Translations under genes and position numbers: made by a program
The notes under the pieces: generated by a model
The model's database searches: none
Told to the model about the DNA's origin: nothing
The model's input: only the letters and a program-made list of their open reading frames with translations
In this document: piece by piece, positions 24,751 through 35,922 of the stretch
Layout: the number at the start of each line of letters is the position of its first letter
How positions within the stretch are numbered: the first letter of the stretch is position 1
Assembly (NCBI GenBank): GCA_001244265.2
Contig: CDLV01000009.1
Coordinates: forward strand, 434,001 to 498,000
Origin: Microbotryum violaceum
Lineage: Eukaryota
Length of the DNA stretch: 64,000 nucleotides
Direction of reading: 5' to 3'

Positions 24751-25184
24751 GGAACTTCAACAGCGACGCGCGTGCGGGGTATTTCGGCCATTTCGTCCAA
24801 TAAATTCTCAGAATAGCATCATTTTCGAGGCTGGGACCCCCCCCCCCATTTTTCGAAACGAAATCTTCAGCTCTAACGAGCTTCAGGGAATTCGATGTCC
24901 TCGCTAGGGAGCAAGAACCTCCTTAGGGGAAACTACAACTTCTAGCGCAACAGGAGTCTGTACCAGACACCAAAAGAGTTAAGATATATAGAAATCTAAT
25001 GGGGAACTGCCGAATGCGCGAGCCGGGCTCCGAGGGCTTGTTTCACTCCCATCATACTGACCCTCAGAGGCTTACACACTCCTTTACACGTGCGACACGA
25101 GCCCTTGTTGACGAGCACCGCCCATTTGTTTGTTTGTATCGGTCATCTCACATTCCCCCAGCTTGCCTTCGCCTCCACTCCAAT

Positions 25185-27786
25185 ATGCGAACCCCCTCTA
25201 CGACGCGGGTGGCGACGACCTTCACGGCCGCGTTGCTCGCGACGCTCAGCTCCGCGGCGCCGGCGGACAACACGATCGAGATCGTTGGCAATTCGGGTGT
25301 CAGGTCAGTTCAACTTCATTGTCTGGTTGCTCTTTGACTCTTCTGGAACGTGTTTGGCTGGGACGACTTGGCTGTATCGCACCACACCACGGAACGAGGC
25401 CGTGCGAACTAAGACGCCAAGCACGTCCGGCCGGAGTGAATCGCTTTCGACGGATGGATGCGCACGCGCGTTTTCGCGCTATCGTCGTCACCCAACCTCG
25501 GCCTATGGAGCGCGGCCCAACAATGGGCGTGCGGCATTCTCGGCGCGAGGGACGTGCGAGCGTGCATGTGTACACCGTGTCCTTTTTGTGTTGTCACGTG
25601 ACGGCGAGCATTCACTCTCATGGACAGCTCTTCGCCTTGTACCTTGTGTGCGAACTGCGGTCGCCTCCGAGGCGTTGGCATTCCAAATCGGACTCGGCAG
25701 ATGCGATGCGATGCACCGCGCGGGCCCGCGCAGCGTCTACTTCCGACCGCCGATTGCCAACACCGCCGCCGGCTCGGCTTTTTCCAATTGATCGCCCCTA
25801 GCTAGCCTGGACCTCATGCTGGGGAGGACGGACGGTCGCTGAACATCCCATTTTCACCCCTCTTTTATGATCACAACAGTGCACAGCAACTTTTCCTCGG
25901 CCAGTCCAACAAGGTTTACATCGTCGACAAGACGGAACGCAACCCGGTCAACACCACCAGCGGCCACCCAGCATGGGCGACCGAGTACGACTACACCGAC
26001 AACACATTCCGCACCATGGACATAAAAACCAACTCGTTCTGCGCCGGTGGTAACGTGCTCGGCAACGGCACCTGGATCAACATTGGTGGCAATCAGCCCG
26101 TCGGTCCCGGTGGGCTCAACGCCAACGCTGTCCCTGACCCTTACGTCAACGGCGATGGTGGGAAGGCGACACGGTGAGTGGACCTACTCTTCGACTGTTT
26201 CTTCGAACAAGACAAGTGGGTGCTTAACACGTACCCTTGCCCCTCGATACTTATCATCAAAGGCGACTGAATGTGTGCACCGATAAAAAGTGTGACTGGA
26301 TCGACGATGGGTCCAACTACATGACGACGCGCCGATGGTATCCGACACTAGAAACGCTCGAAGATGGATCCATGATCGTCATCGGAGGCTGCGACTGGGG
26401 AGGATACGTCAACGACAAGTCGCAGAACAACCCGACGTACGAGTACTACCCGTCAAAGGGCGGTCCGATCGGCCTCAACATCCTCACCACGACCTTGCCG
26501 GCCAACCTATTCCCGCTGACGTGGCTGCTCCCTTCGGGTAACATCTTCATCAATGCCAACTTGGGTACCGAGATCTTTGACTACAAGAACAACGTCGAGT
26601 ACGCTGTCTCCGATATGCCTCACGCCGTCCGCACCTACCCCGGATCGGCTGCCACCGGCATGCTGCCGCTTACCCCGGCCAACAACTGGACCGCGACCAT
26701 CCTTTTCTGTGGTGGCACAAACTTGCAGCCCGACCAATGGGTCACCTCTTGGAACATCGCCGCTTACCCCGCCGACAGCACGTGCGTGTCCATGACCCCG
26801 ATGTCTCGACCAACTGGGTCGATGAGGATCCGTTGCCCGAGGGCCGAGTGATGGGTAACCTCATCAGTCTTCCCGACGGTCGCTTTGTCGTGATCAACGG
26901 TATCGGCAAGGGTACAGCCGGTTACGGAAACACGTCGTGGGCCATCGGTCAATCTTTCGGTGACGATCCCGTTCACTCCATTCGCTACTACGACCCCTAC
27001 GCCGCCTCGGGCAAGCGCTTCTCGAAGATCGTCGCCAGCTCGACCGTTGACCGCATGTACCACTCCTCAGCGACTCTCCTCCCCGACGGATCGCTCCTGT
27101 CATCGGGATCCAACCCCAATGCCGACTACGTCGCCCCCGGCACCCCTGGCTACACCTATCCTACCGAGTACCGCGTCGAGCGATTCTATCCCGACTACTT
27201 CACCGCGAACCGGCCGCAGCCGACCGGTCTCCCGACGACGCTCGGCTACGGTGGCTCGTACTTCAACGTTACTCTGTCCCAGACCGATGTCGGCAACGTC
27301 TCGAAGCTCGACAACACTAAGGTCGTGCTGATCCGACCTGGCTTTTCGACCCATGCGATGAATATGGGCCAACGTTTCGTCCAGCTCGACTCGACCTTCA
27401 GCGCCAACTCGGATGGCTCGGCCGTGCTGCACGTCTCCCCCGTCCCTCCCAACCCCGCGATCCTCGTCCCCGGCCCTTGCCTCATTTTTGTCGTCGTTGA
27501 CGGCATCCCCTCGATTGGCCAGTGGGTTACCATCGGTAACGGCCAACTCGGAGCCCAGACCATCAGCCCCGTGCAGCGTCTTCCCGCTTCGACCGGTGGT
27601 GATGGCAAGCCATGGAACAGTGGCAACAGCACGTCGACGAGCACGACCTCTGCTGCCGGTTCCGCTGGCACGGGATCTTCGAGTTCCAACTCCAACAACA
27701 GTGCTGGCAGTGGGGCCATGTCGATCCTCGCACCTGTCTTTACTGTGCTCGGCGCCGTGATGGCCGCCTCGACTTTGTTGATCTAG
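25185..27786 (+). CDS. Copper radical oxidase / glyoxal oxidase (CAZy AA5_1), secreted with probable GPI anchor, copy 1 (one frameshift as read)
   Basis: Signal peptide MRTPSTTRVATTFTAALLATLSSA; NSGVSAQQLFL, NSFCAGG, RRWYPT, RTYPGSA, RMYHS, STHAMNMGQR; S/T-rich stalk and hydrophobic tail. C4 instead of C5 at 26796-26799. Confidence 0.9.
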
Positions 27787-29076
27787 ACGAGGATGAACGA
27801 TGACGAACGATGTTTGGACGATTTGTCGTTGGTCCCCATATTATGGCACAGACCTTGGACACAATGGACGCTGTCGTCCTCACTTTTCCCTCTCGGTCAG
27901 GTGCCGATGAGTAAACCCCTTTAACCCCCACTCAGCTGTCTTTCTGGCCTCCCTCTTTCTATTTGTTAGACGAAGCTTATTCCCCTCCCCCCCCCCCCCC
28001 CTCTCCCCTTCGCTACGCACCCAATCGCCACCTGAACACTTGTGCGATTTGGCATGCTCTTCCCCTCCCCAATTCGTCGTTTTCCTCTTGTTCGCATTTT
28101 TCATTCGCCCCCCGTCTTTACCCTTCCTCTTTACCTCTCTTGGCCCTGATTAGACACATCGCCTCTTTCTTGTTCCTAGTATCATATGACATACCGCATT
28201 TTTCTACATGACAAATCGTTCTCGGTTCAGCGAGCCATGTTTTGAAAAAAGGGATGAACACCAAAGCTCCAAAGCGAGCAGAATCCAGAAGAAATCGACA
28301 ATAGAATGTACACCGTTCGTCTTCAACGCCTCTCCCGTCTCCTAAGCCCATCTCATCATCTCTTTTCACATCCCCACACCCCAGGAAAAGGTGCAAGAGA
28401 CGTTCAAAGAAGCCTCTTCCTTCCTGCTCCCTTCTCGTTACCCTAACTAGTAAAAAAGAAGTGTCGATCCGCGACCATGTACCTAAAATCGCTGTTTTTG
28501 ACTGTGTTGTGGTGAGTGTACCAGTGCAGTATTGCGTCTGCCGCACCTGTCTGTGATATTGGCGTCCCGATCAGAAGTCATGTACAACCTCTGCCGCATT
28601 TTCTGCACCATAAAAGTCGAGCTACAGCCCGAGGACAATTTTTGTTGATTTTTGGTGGGGTGCGCAACTATATAGCAAGCGCGTGGGTTTGCATGATACT
28701 TCTTCTACAGAGCTCAGGCGTGGTCTCGCTGTCGTTGACACGTTGACGCGCGGACGCGCGGACGCGGGCGCCGCTACGCTGCGGGATGCGGGATGCCCCG
28801 TCGATCACGTGACGAATTTCTGGCATCCCGATACCAGTTTTAGGGGCTCAACAACAACATGAGGTTCCAGGCGCTGTGAATACTCCCGCGCTACTCTCTC
28901 CAATTTTCGCCTTTTCCTTCCCACTCTCATCGAATTTGCGTGACAACCGCGCCGAGTCTTTGGCGCGAGGGTAGCGCCGTACGTTATACGATAGCGTCCT
29001 ACCGTACCAAGTAAACGATTTGGCTCCGAGGTTATTAAATTCCTCGGCCGGGCTAATCTTTCTCCGTACAGGATCC

Positions 29077-29103
29077 AGGACCCCCGAAAGCCCAGCGGGA
29101 GGC

Positions 29104-29135
<32 letters not shown>

Positions 29136-31133
29136 GACATTTTGAGGACCCAAAATCCTGAAAATCGTCGAGGCGCATTGCAAAAAATTGACATTTTGGA
29201 CGAAACACACGTTTCGCCCCCGAGGCGCATGTCTAGATTTTGACATTTTCCCGTGAGTCTGCCCAATTTTGGCCTACCCTGAGCAGCCTACGGCATGACT
29301 TTGGGCCCGTTTGCCTTCGCTTCGAGACGCGTTTCGCGATGCTCGCGCTTGAACAAGTCACTTAGTACTAGCCCTCTTCGGTAATCACTTGAGTTAAGTG
29401 GCAGTGAGGGATTAGGCCGATTAGATATTGAAAGGGCGCAGGTTCCGTTCCGCTTCACTTCGGTCCGAGATTGGAGCATAGCACGACAACATCATCCCAT
29501 GCAGGCCTTGAACGATGCCTTCGATTGATCATTGCCACTCACCAACATGAACATGACGATCGCCGAGCTCCTCACCTTTGATGTCGCTCCCGCCGACGCG
29601 TCTCTTCACATCGAGTTGTCCAAAGACGAGCTCACCCACTACTCGACCTTATCATCTACTCGAGGCCGTTGAGAAGGCAAACAGCTTCTCACGACCAATC
29701 GTGCGTCTACCAAGCTCAACTATCGAAATTTTGGTCTAAGCTCACGCGTGTTTGGTTCTACACAGCCCACACACCTGAAACTTCCGCCTCAAGTTGTCGA
29801 TGCTCGCGATACCAATTTCTCGCTGAACTGGCCAACCTGATTGCCCATCAAGCTGCTCATAAGTGTAACCACCTCAAGCTGTTCTACTCAAGGGAGGCCG
29901 GTGGAATCGAGCTACCCAACTCGCGGAGAGGCAGGCGTAGGGGTTAGCAATACAGAGGAAGGACGCAGTACAACACACTCATGCGTCTTGAAAGGGTTGG
30001 TACAGTCCATGGGACCATCTCGCTGCGAAGACATGGCGGGCACGACAAGGAGCTTTCGCTGGACTAGAGGTGACCAGATGGACCGAGCGTTCACAACACA
30101 CGAGGATCCAGAAGAATGTCTATACTGAGGATGGCCGCATTCAAGTGAGTTGTTGCTGAATTTAGGAACGAAGGCAACTGGATCTAATGTTTTGCCGGTC
30201 CTATACTTTTAGGAAAAGCTCCCTGAGAGAGACAAGCAGTATGGAGCGCTAGCACAACGCTATCCTCATTTTGGATCGCTTGACGGAGCTGTAACCGCTG
30301 CCACACCATTGGAGATTGGATCTCTGATCTGCTTTGGCCTCAAGCGTGGCATGCATTCACTCAGCTGCGATCAAACTATTTATGCAGAAGAAGCGCTGTC
30401 TATCGGAATTGGTGCGTTGTTTTGAGTGGCAGTTAAGGAAGTTCTCGTTCGACACAAGTCTTGTGTGTGTCCTACAGTGCGACACATCTACAGCAAAGTG
30501 ACAACAAACCACTGCAACCAAGACACGCTCGCCTCGTTGGTTCTACTCTCAAATGTCGTCGTACAGGAGCTTCGCCTCATCAAGAAAACATGCTATTCCA
30601 CACACCTCATTGATGGCACTATGCCGTTCCGCATGATTGATGGTCGACAGGTCATCGAGTCATTAGGCCCGTCAACGACTACATATCGTTCAACCACGGA
30701 CCTTACCTCATGTTACCCGGACGAGCGCCTAATCAGCACGAGCGCACATGCCGAGCAAAGGTTTGCCGCCTTCGGAGCGTGCCCGGCCTGCGAGATGCCG
30801 CCGGCAGAACGTCTACAAGCCGCACAAATGCCACCGCGGAAACAAGGAGCTCAACTTCATCAAAAACGAAGTCTGACCACGAAGCAGCGAGCCAGCCAGC
30901 AAAGCAAGGAAGGCTTGTTTGAAGCCTGGAGCCACGCGCAACACCAGCCGAAGCGACGCGCGCCGCAAGCCACTTTCGATAGGCCGCCGCGCGCCCGCAA
31001 ACGCTCGGAATGCCTTTTCGAGAACTTTTGAGCGATTTTTGGAGCATGTAGAACACATTTTGATGATATTTTCGAGGCGCATGCGAAATTTTGACATTTT
31101 GGGGCCAAAATAGGGTAAAAAACTTTGACAAAA
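29077..31133 (+). mobile_element. Truncated TIR element of the same family as the 23702 MITE, carrying a decayed spliced ORF (~29547-31031); second copy 40540-42595
   Basis: Begins AGGACCCCCGAAAGCCCA, identical to the MITE TIR start. CGAGGCGCAT...TTGACATTTT repeats at 29169, 29221 and 31073. CGATTTTTGGAG is shared with the MITE interior. GT-AG intron-like segments lie at ~30145-30212 and ~30413-30477. Confidence 0.55.
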
Positions 31134-33682
31134 CCAGTGGGAACCCGTTAAATTAACGGGAGGATGTAATTCAAAAAATAGCGGGATAATCGAACAGTCT
31201 ACATGATATCAGCGCAGAGGTTAAGAAAACACAATACGAAATACAGCAAAGAAACAAAATCCATTCATCTTACATTCATTGCCGAAACAGCCTGCATGTC
31301 GCTTGTTGCCGGACTTGGCTTCAAACACTCGTGCAATGAGATCCGGACGGTTGCATGCTTTATCGGCCCCAGTGCAGCCTTGATTTCCGGTGAGTCGGGG
31401 TCGTACGTCATCGTGATCAGCAGCGGAGGCTTTCCCTCTTTGACAACACACGCCATCGCATCCTGGTATCGCTGCGTGATGTCGCGATTTGGTTCGGGGT
31501 CAAGCCGTTGATGCCTTGGGTCGTGGTGAGGCGTAGGTTCTCTTGATGCAATCGGATGTGTTGAGTCGATCGGTCTCGACTTGGGAGGATATCCGTAAAT
31601 CACAAACTCCAGGAAGGGACGTTGGGTGCAATGCGGGATTGAGAAGTACTCGTCGCGTTTGGCAAGTAGTGCACAAAGAATGGTGAACGCGAGACTCGCC
31701 ACCTCGACCCCTTTACTTGACCTTCGTCCTAGGTGTTCAAAAGTTCAATGTCAGTCTGTGCTTGCGCCTTAGACAGAATGGAACATCAGAGAAAGAGCTG
31801 AAGAAGCGTACGTTCGCCATCACCATCCTCTTCGTCCCCTTCCTCGCCGTCTTCATCCTCATTGTCGCGGTCTTCGTCCTCCTGTTCGTCTTCGTCATCC
31901 AGACCAAGACCGGCAAGTACCTCGCGCAATTGGACACCATTGTCGATCTGCTCTCGGTTTCTGGCGATTGGCGGCCCGGCTTGGTGGAACCCGCAAAGAG
32001 GAATGTTGGGGTGGAAGCCATCTTCCCCTGCAGGAAAAAGTAGTGGGTAACGAAGAGGCATCGCGGACGGATGGAGCGAGCTAACGATTTGGTACTTGGG
32101 CCGACCATCGGGACATCGATCACCGTGCACCTGGAGAACAAGGTCTTGCGGTCCACGATCTCCCGTGTTGGTGTCGGAATCGCAGATAAGCATCGCCATT
32201 TCTGTGCTTGATGTAGGAGGGTTGTGGGTGCGTCGGTCCCGGTCTGGCGGGAGGCAGAGGCGCAGGATCCACTCTTTGGCCGTATCCCAACCTGCGCGAG
32301 GTTTGGCCGATGCGAACTCCCTCACAAAGCGATTGCCGGTGCGCAGAATGGACTCGAGCTTGGTCAAAATAGATCGTTGCATGCGACTGTCTGCGCCGTC
32401 GGGTCCAAGTCGAGTGTCGGTGGCCTCGGCCGGGTCGATCAGCCATGTCTGGGCAAAGGCTGGGCGTTGATTCACGGCAGGGATCAGGGCACCGAGTCAA
32501 TGATAGAGGCGGCCGAACACACGAAACACGGGAGGTCCTAGAGTGCCCACTTGGGTTTGGTCCCAGTGGGCAGCGAGCGAAGTAAAGGACAACGCGTTAT
32601 TGTAAGACCGGGCATTCTCGCGGAATGCTTTAGCGTCTGTGTAGGTGCATCGCACAGTTCAGCATGTGGGCCATACTGCAGAGAGATGTTGTTGGACGGA
32701 GCAACTGACCGCTATCCGAGCCTTCAAGAAGCTGCCGATACTCGAGATTGGGCTGGGGAGGGGGAGGTAGCCGCACCTTGCCCTGCGAAAACGTGGGGCT
32801 TGAGGGGTTTGAGCGCGATTCGAGCCCGGCGCACTCGCCTTTGCGGAGGTGGTGGTGGGGCGAGCCCAGCGTCGAGTTGGCCATCGCGCTGACCACGCTG
32901 TCCGTTCTGCACAGCTGCACGGCGGGCTCGTATACGTGTCGCAATGCCAAGATCGGTTGAATTGTTGTCATGACTCGCCGGGGGGCTGATTCTGTTGATC
33001 GGTGCGGGACGAAGAGGAGGGTCGAGCCGCGGGGCGCCCAGCAGCGGGCGCTCGAGCTGGCCCATGGTACGGCGCTATCCTCGCGCCCAAGACTTGGCGA
33101 GGTTGCGATGGCCCTCCCTGGCGACCTTGGGACCGGGGCATTACACAGTAGCGAAGGTTTGTTCTTGAATGAGTGTCGGATGAGAGTGGAAGGGAGAAAG
33201 GAAAGGTTCGAGGGAGTGGCGCAGGATTATTCACGTGGTTTGATTTGTTGTTCAGCCCCTAATGCCGCTGGTCGACTGCCGGAATGACACTCCACCGCCG
33301 GCGCACCGCATCACGTGACAAACGCCAGCCCTCGCCTCGCACGTCAAGCAGAGCTCTGCTGTAGAAGCAATATCATGCAAAGCCACGCGCTTGCAATTCA
33401 TTAAATGCAATATGAGTGGAAGCATTGTTTTATGTGAGCGAAAAAAAGAAGGAAAATACTGGGAGCGCTGTAGCTTCGTTGGAACGGCGCGGAAAATACA
33501 AAAGTCACCATAGGGCTCGTACATGACTTCTGATCCGAACCCCAACACCACAGGCAGGTGCGGCAGACACAACAGTATGCTGGTACATCCACCACAGGCG
33601 GCCCTCCCGGCCGCAACCTAGTTAAAAATAGCGATTTTAGGTACATTCCTCAACTCACACTTTTTTTTTACTAGTTAGGGTA
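31134..33682 (-). mobile_element. Internally deleted Helitron1-type element with RepHel N-terminal pseudogene (ATG 33141), copy 1
   Basis: GKVRLPPPP; FRENARSYNNALSFTSL; GPPVFRVFGRLYH; PAFAQTWLID; HPSAMPLRYPLLFPAGEDGFH; YQDAMACVVKEGKPPLLITMT; NRPDLIARVFEAK. The 3' hairpin is at 31144-31160 and CTGG at 31134-31137. No HUH/Y2 motif or helicase. Confidence 0.9.
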
Positions 33683-33808
33683 ACTAGTTACTAGTTAGGG
33701 TAAAAAAAAAATGTGAGTTAAGGAATGTACCTAAAATCGCTGTTTTTAACTAGGTTGCGGCCGGGAGGGCCGCCTGTGGTGGATGTACCAGCATACTGTT
33801 GTGTCTGC
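33563..33808. repeat. Long palindrome: ~107-bp arms (about 3 differences), 33-nt spacer; second copy 45024-45268
   Basis: GCAGACACAACAGTATGCTGG...CACAC-T9 / A9-TGTGAG...CCAGCATACTGTTGTGTCTGC. Confidence 0.95.
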
Positions 33809-34209
33809 AACCGTCCGGATCTCATTGCACGAGTGTTTGAAGCCAAGTCCGGCAACAAGCGACATGCAGGCTGTTTCGGCAATGAATGTAAGATGAATGG
33901 ATCTTGATTCTTTGCTGTATTTCGTATTGTCTTAACCTCTGCGCTGATATCATGTAGACTGTTCGATTATCCTGCTATTTTTTGAATTACATCCTCCCGT
34001 CAATTTAACGGGTTCCCACTGTTTTTTTTTACTAGTTAGGGTAAAGCACGGGCAGGCTGTTTTGGCGATGAATGAAGGATAAATGGATTTTGTTTCTTTG
34101 CTGTACTTCGTATGGTGTTTTCTTAACCTCTGCGCTGAAATCATGCAGACTGTTGATTATCCTGCTATTTGCATTTCATCCTCCCGTTAATTTAACGGGT
34201 TCCCACTGG
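33690..34209 (+). mobile_element. Miniature Helitron derivative (to 34021) followed by a second, diverged Helitron 3' end (34044-34209); second copy 45151-45669
   Basis: The first ~120 bp equal the 5' end of the 31134-33682 element and 33809-34021 equals its 3' end. Hairpin-CTG(G) termini at 34021 and 34209. Confidence 0.85.
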
Positions 34210-34508
34210 TTGTGATGAGTAAAGGTGCCGCTTGGGCCTCCTCCATGTTGGTCTATGCGCCTGCTGTTGCTCCACCCACATTTCTCTGGCAACGTAGTTG
34301 GCGGTGTCGGCTATGCCACTCGTTGCTGATTCTTGTCGACATATTTCCCGGCCGATCTCAAGCAAGATACAAAGACTTTCAAGCGAGCTTCGACCTCTTC
34401 TTCGGGAAATATGCGTGAGCACAGAGTCCGCGTACTGTGGACCGCTCGGACGAGAGCGCGCGGGCCGAACAGCTTCGATCACGTGATCAGCCATTGCAAA
34501 CCCTCAGG

Positions 34509-35922
34509 TCAAGTACATCTCCTCTCGATCCAATCAACCACATCCTTGTCCAGCGTCTCCCAATGCGACGCTGTTGCAAAATGAGGACCCCCTTGAATGA
34601 CGAGGAGTTCGCTGTTGTCCGTTCCGATCGCCGAGCAAGTTCGTTCGTGATAATTGCGCTCGAATGGGTACTGCAGTCATAGCTAAATATGAGCCCGTAG
34701 TAAAATGAATGACGAAATGAAAGGACTAGCTGACTCACAGCATTGTCATCCGTCCCGTGCACGACTAGCACGTTCGTCTTGCCGAGCGGACTGGGTCGAC
34801 TCGCGAGCCGACCGATCAAGCCTCTTCGATGGTTCAGACAGCGATGGTTCATCTGTGCGAGAGATCGGGCCTAGTACCACGAAAAGGTCCTAAAATGGAT
34901 CGCACATTCATCTACTGACTTTCATCGTCTCCCCGGCTTGCTTCCCTTCCAAGATGCCATCGTCATTCACGAGCGTTGCCTTGAGCGCATCCGCGATAAC
35001 TTTTGTCCCCTGTTCCCTTGCCACAGCAAACAAAGGCTCCTCTGACTCGGTATATCCAGCTTTGCCCATGTTCGTGGCAAACTCGTCGATTAGTTGTGCG
35101 ACTTGTTCGGGGAAGTCGTGGCTCGGCATTTGGTCGCAAAGTCTTCGCCGTCCTGGGTATAGTCGACGACGAAGTCTGTGACGCCCATACCACAGAATCC
35201 AATATAAGGCTGAATATATGGCAACATGTCCAAACGGGTTTTAGATGCGCACCTTCGCTCTCTTCCTCGGCACAGGTCCCAACGATGACGACGCCGACAA
35301 TTCTTCGCTCCTTTCCCTCCTTGGTCACTCGTTCATGATCCCTCATGCCCAACCTCAAACCCGTATGAGCTCCCCCATCGAATCACCATACGAAACGGCC
35401 TTCACCTCTCTTCCAAGCTCCTTTGATACATCGTCAAGAATATGCAAGATTGCTTCGGCCGCGAGATCAAAGGACCAGGCTGACCCCGCTGGAGAAGTGC
35501 GCGATTGGGCGAACCCGGGGGCGTCGACGGCGATCTTGTGATAAGGTGCCAAAAGAGGGTTCTTGATTTGGGGTTGCCAGTATTCTCGGGAGGCGTTGAA
35601 GTCTGTTCCGTCGCAGAGAGGCAGAAGGGGAGACGTGTCAGTGCCCGGGGGTTACGTTCCAGATCGGGCCCGCGGATTAGCTGATGGGTCGCTTTGCAGA
35701 ACAAGAAGTATGGTATGCACCCCGGGATATACCCTGAGTCATATTTCAAGTAGAAATGGACTCACGATGCAGCAGAACTAAGAAAGGCAGCTCCTTGCCT
35801 CCCTCCGACTTGACCGTAGGTTCATGGTGGGTGTACGAGATCGTATAGTCCTTGGTAGAAGACGTGAACGTTGGGTCTCGCTTGCTGATATCAAAGCTGA
35901 CTGTTACGCTCTTCTCTGTCAT
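34509..35922 (-). pseudogene. Alpha/beta-hydrolase copy 2 (two 1-bp homopolymer deletions as read; may be sequencing error)
   Basis: Near-identical to copy 1. C5 vs C6 at 35372-35376 (GDSMG then ELIRV*) and G4 vs G5 at 35109-35112. Confidence 0.7.

Larger units (their letters stand above)
20047..24762 (-). mobile_element. Ty1/copia LTR retrotransposon, decayed/chimeric; outer boundaries approximate
   Basis: Order gag (YHAWERGLKLVLVNHDLWGI; QDAKAQSLILNYL), protease (WIGDTGAHRH), pre-integrase, IN, RT, RNaseH. PPT AGGGGGAG is followed by TGTTG at 20237 (3' LTR start). No matching 5' LTR. Confidence 0.9.
9010..24999. mobile_element. ~16-kb block of nested/truncated transposable elements inserted in the hydrolase-oxidase intergenic region
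   Basis: Absent from cassette copies 2 and 3, where GGTTACGGT continues directly to GGGGAAATCG...GCCGAATGCGCG. Contains several TE fragments and shows no target-site duplication. Confidence 0.9.
28439..34209 (+). mobile_element. Composite Helitron spacer, copy 1 (~5.8 kb)
   Basis: Starts TACCCTAACTAGTAAAAAAGAAGTG and ends with hairpin CCCGTTAATTTAACGGG + TTCCCA + CTGG. Absent after the third oxidase copy (51359) and before the first hydrolase copy (6774). Confidence 0.85.

Noticed and set aside
25090-25801. Long ORFs of 220-290 aa upstream of the oxidase core (also 36370-37261, 47869-48723)
   Set aside because: They run through the GC-rich promoter and first intron and show no domain features.
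29107-29135. Long poly-T as a retroposed poly-A tail
   Set aside because: No associated LINE/SINE body or TSD; it sits just inside a TIR-like end.
31134-33682. Autonomous Helitron
   Set aside because: Frameshifted, and deleted from just after Rep motif 1 to the 3' end; no HUH/Y2 motifs and no PIF1 helicase.
33670-33702. TTAGGG-containing motif as an interstitial telomere or telomere-healing site
   Set aside because: Only isolated hexamers inside a fixed 13-mer; there is no (TTAGGG)n array.
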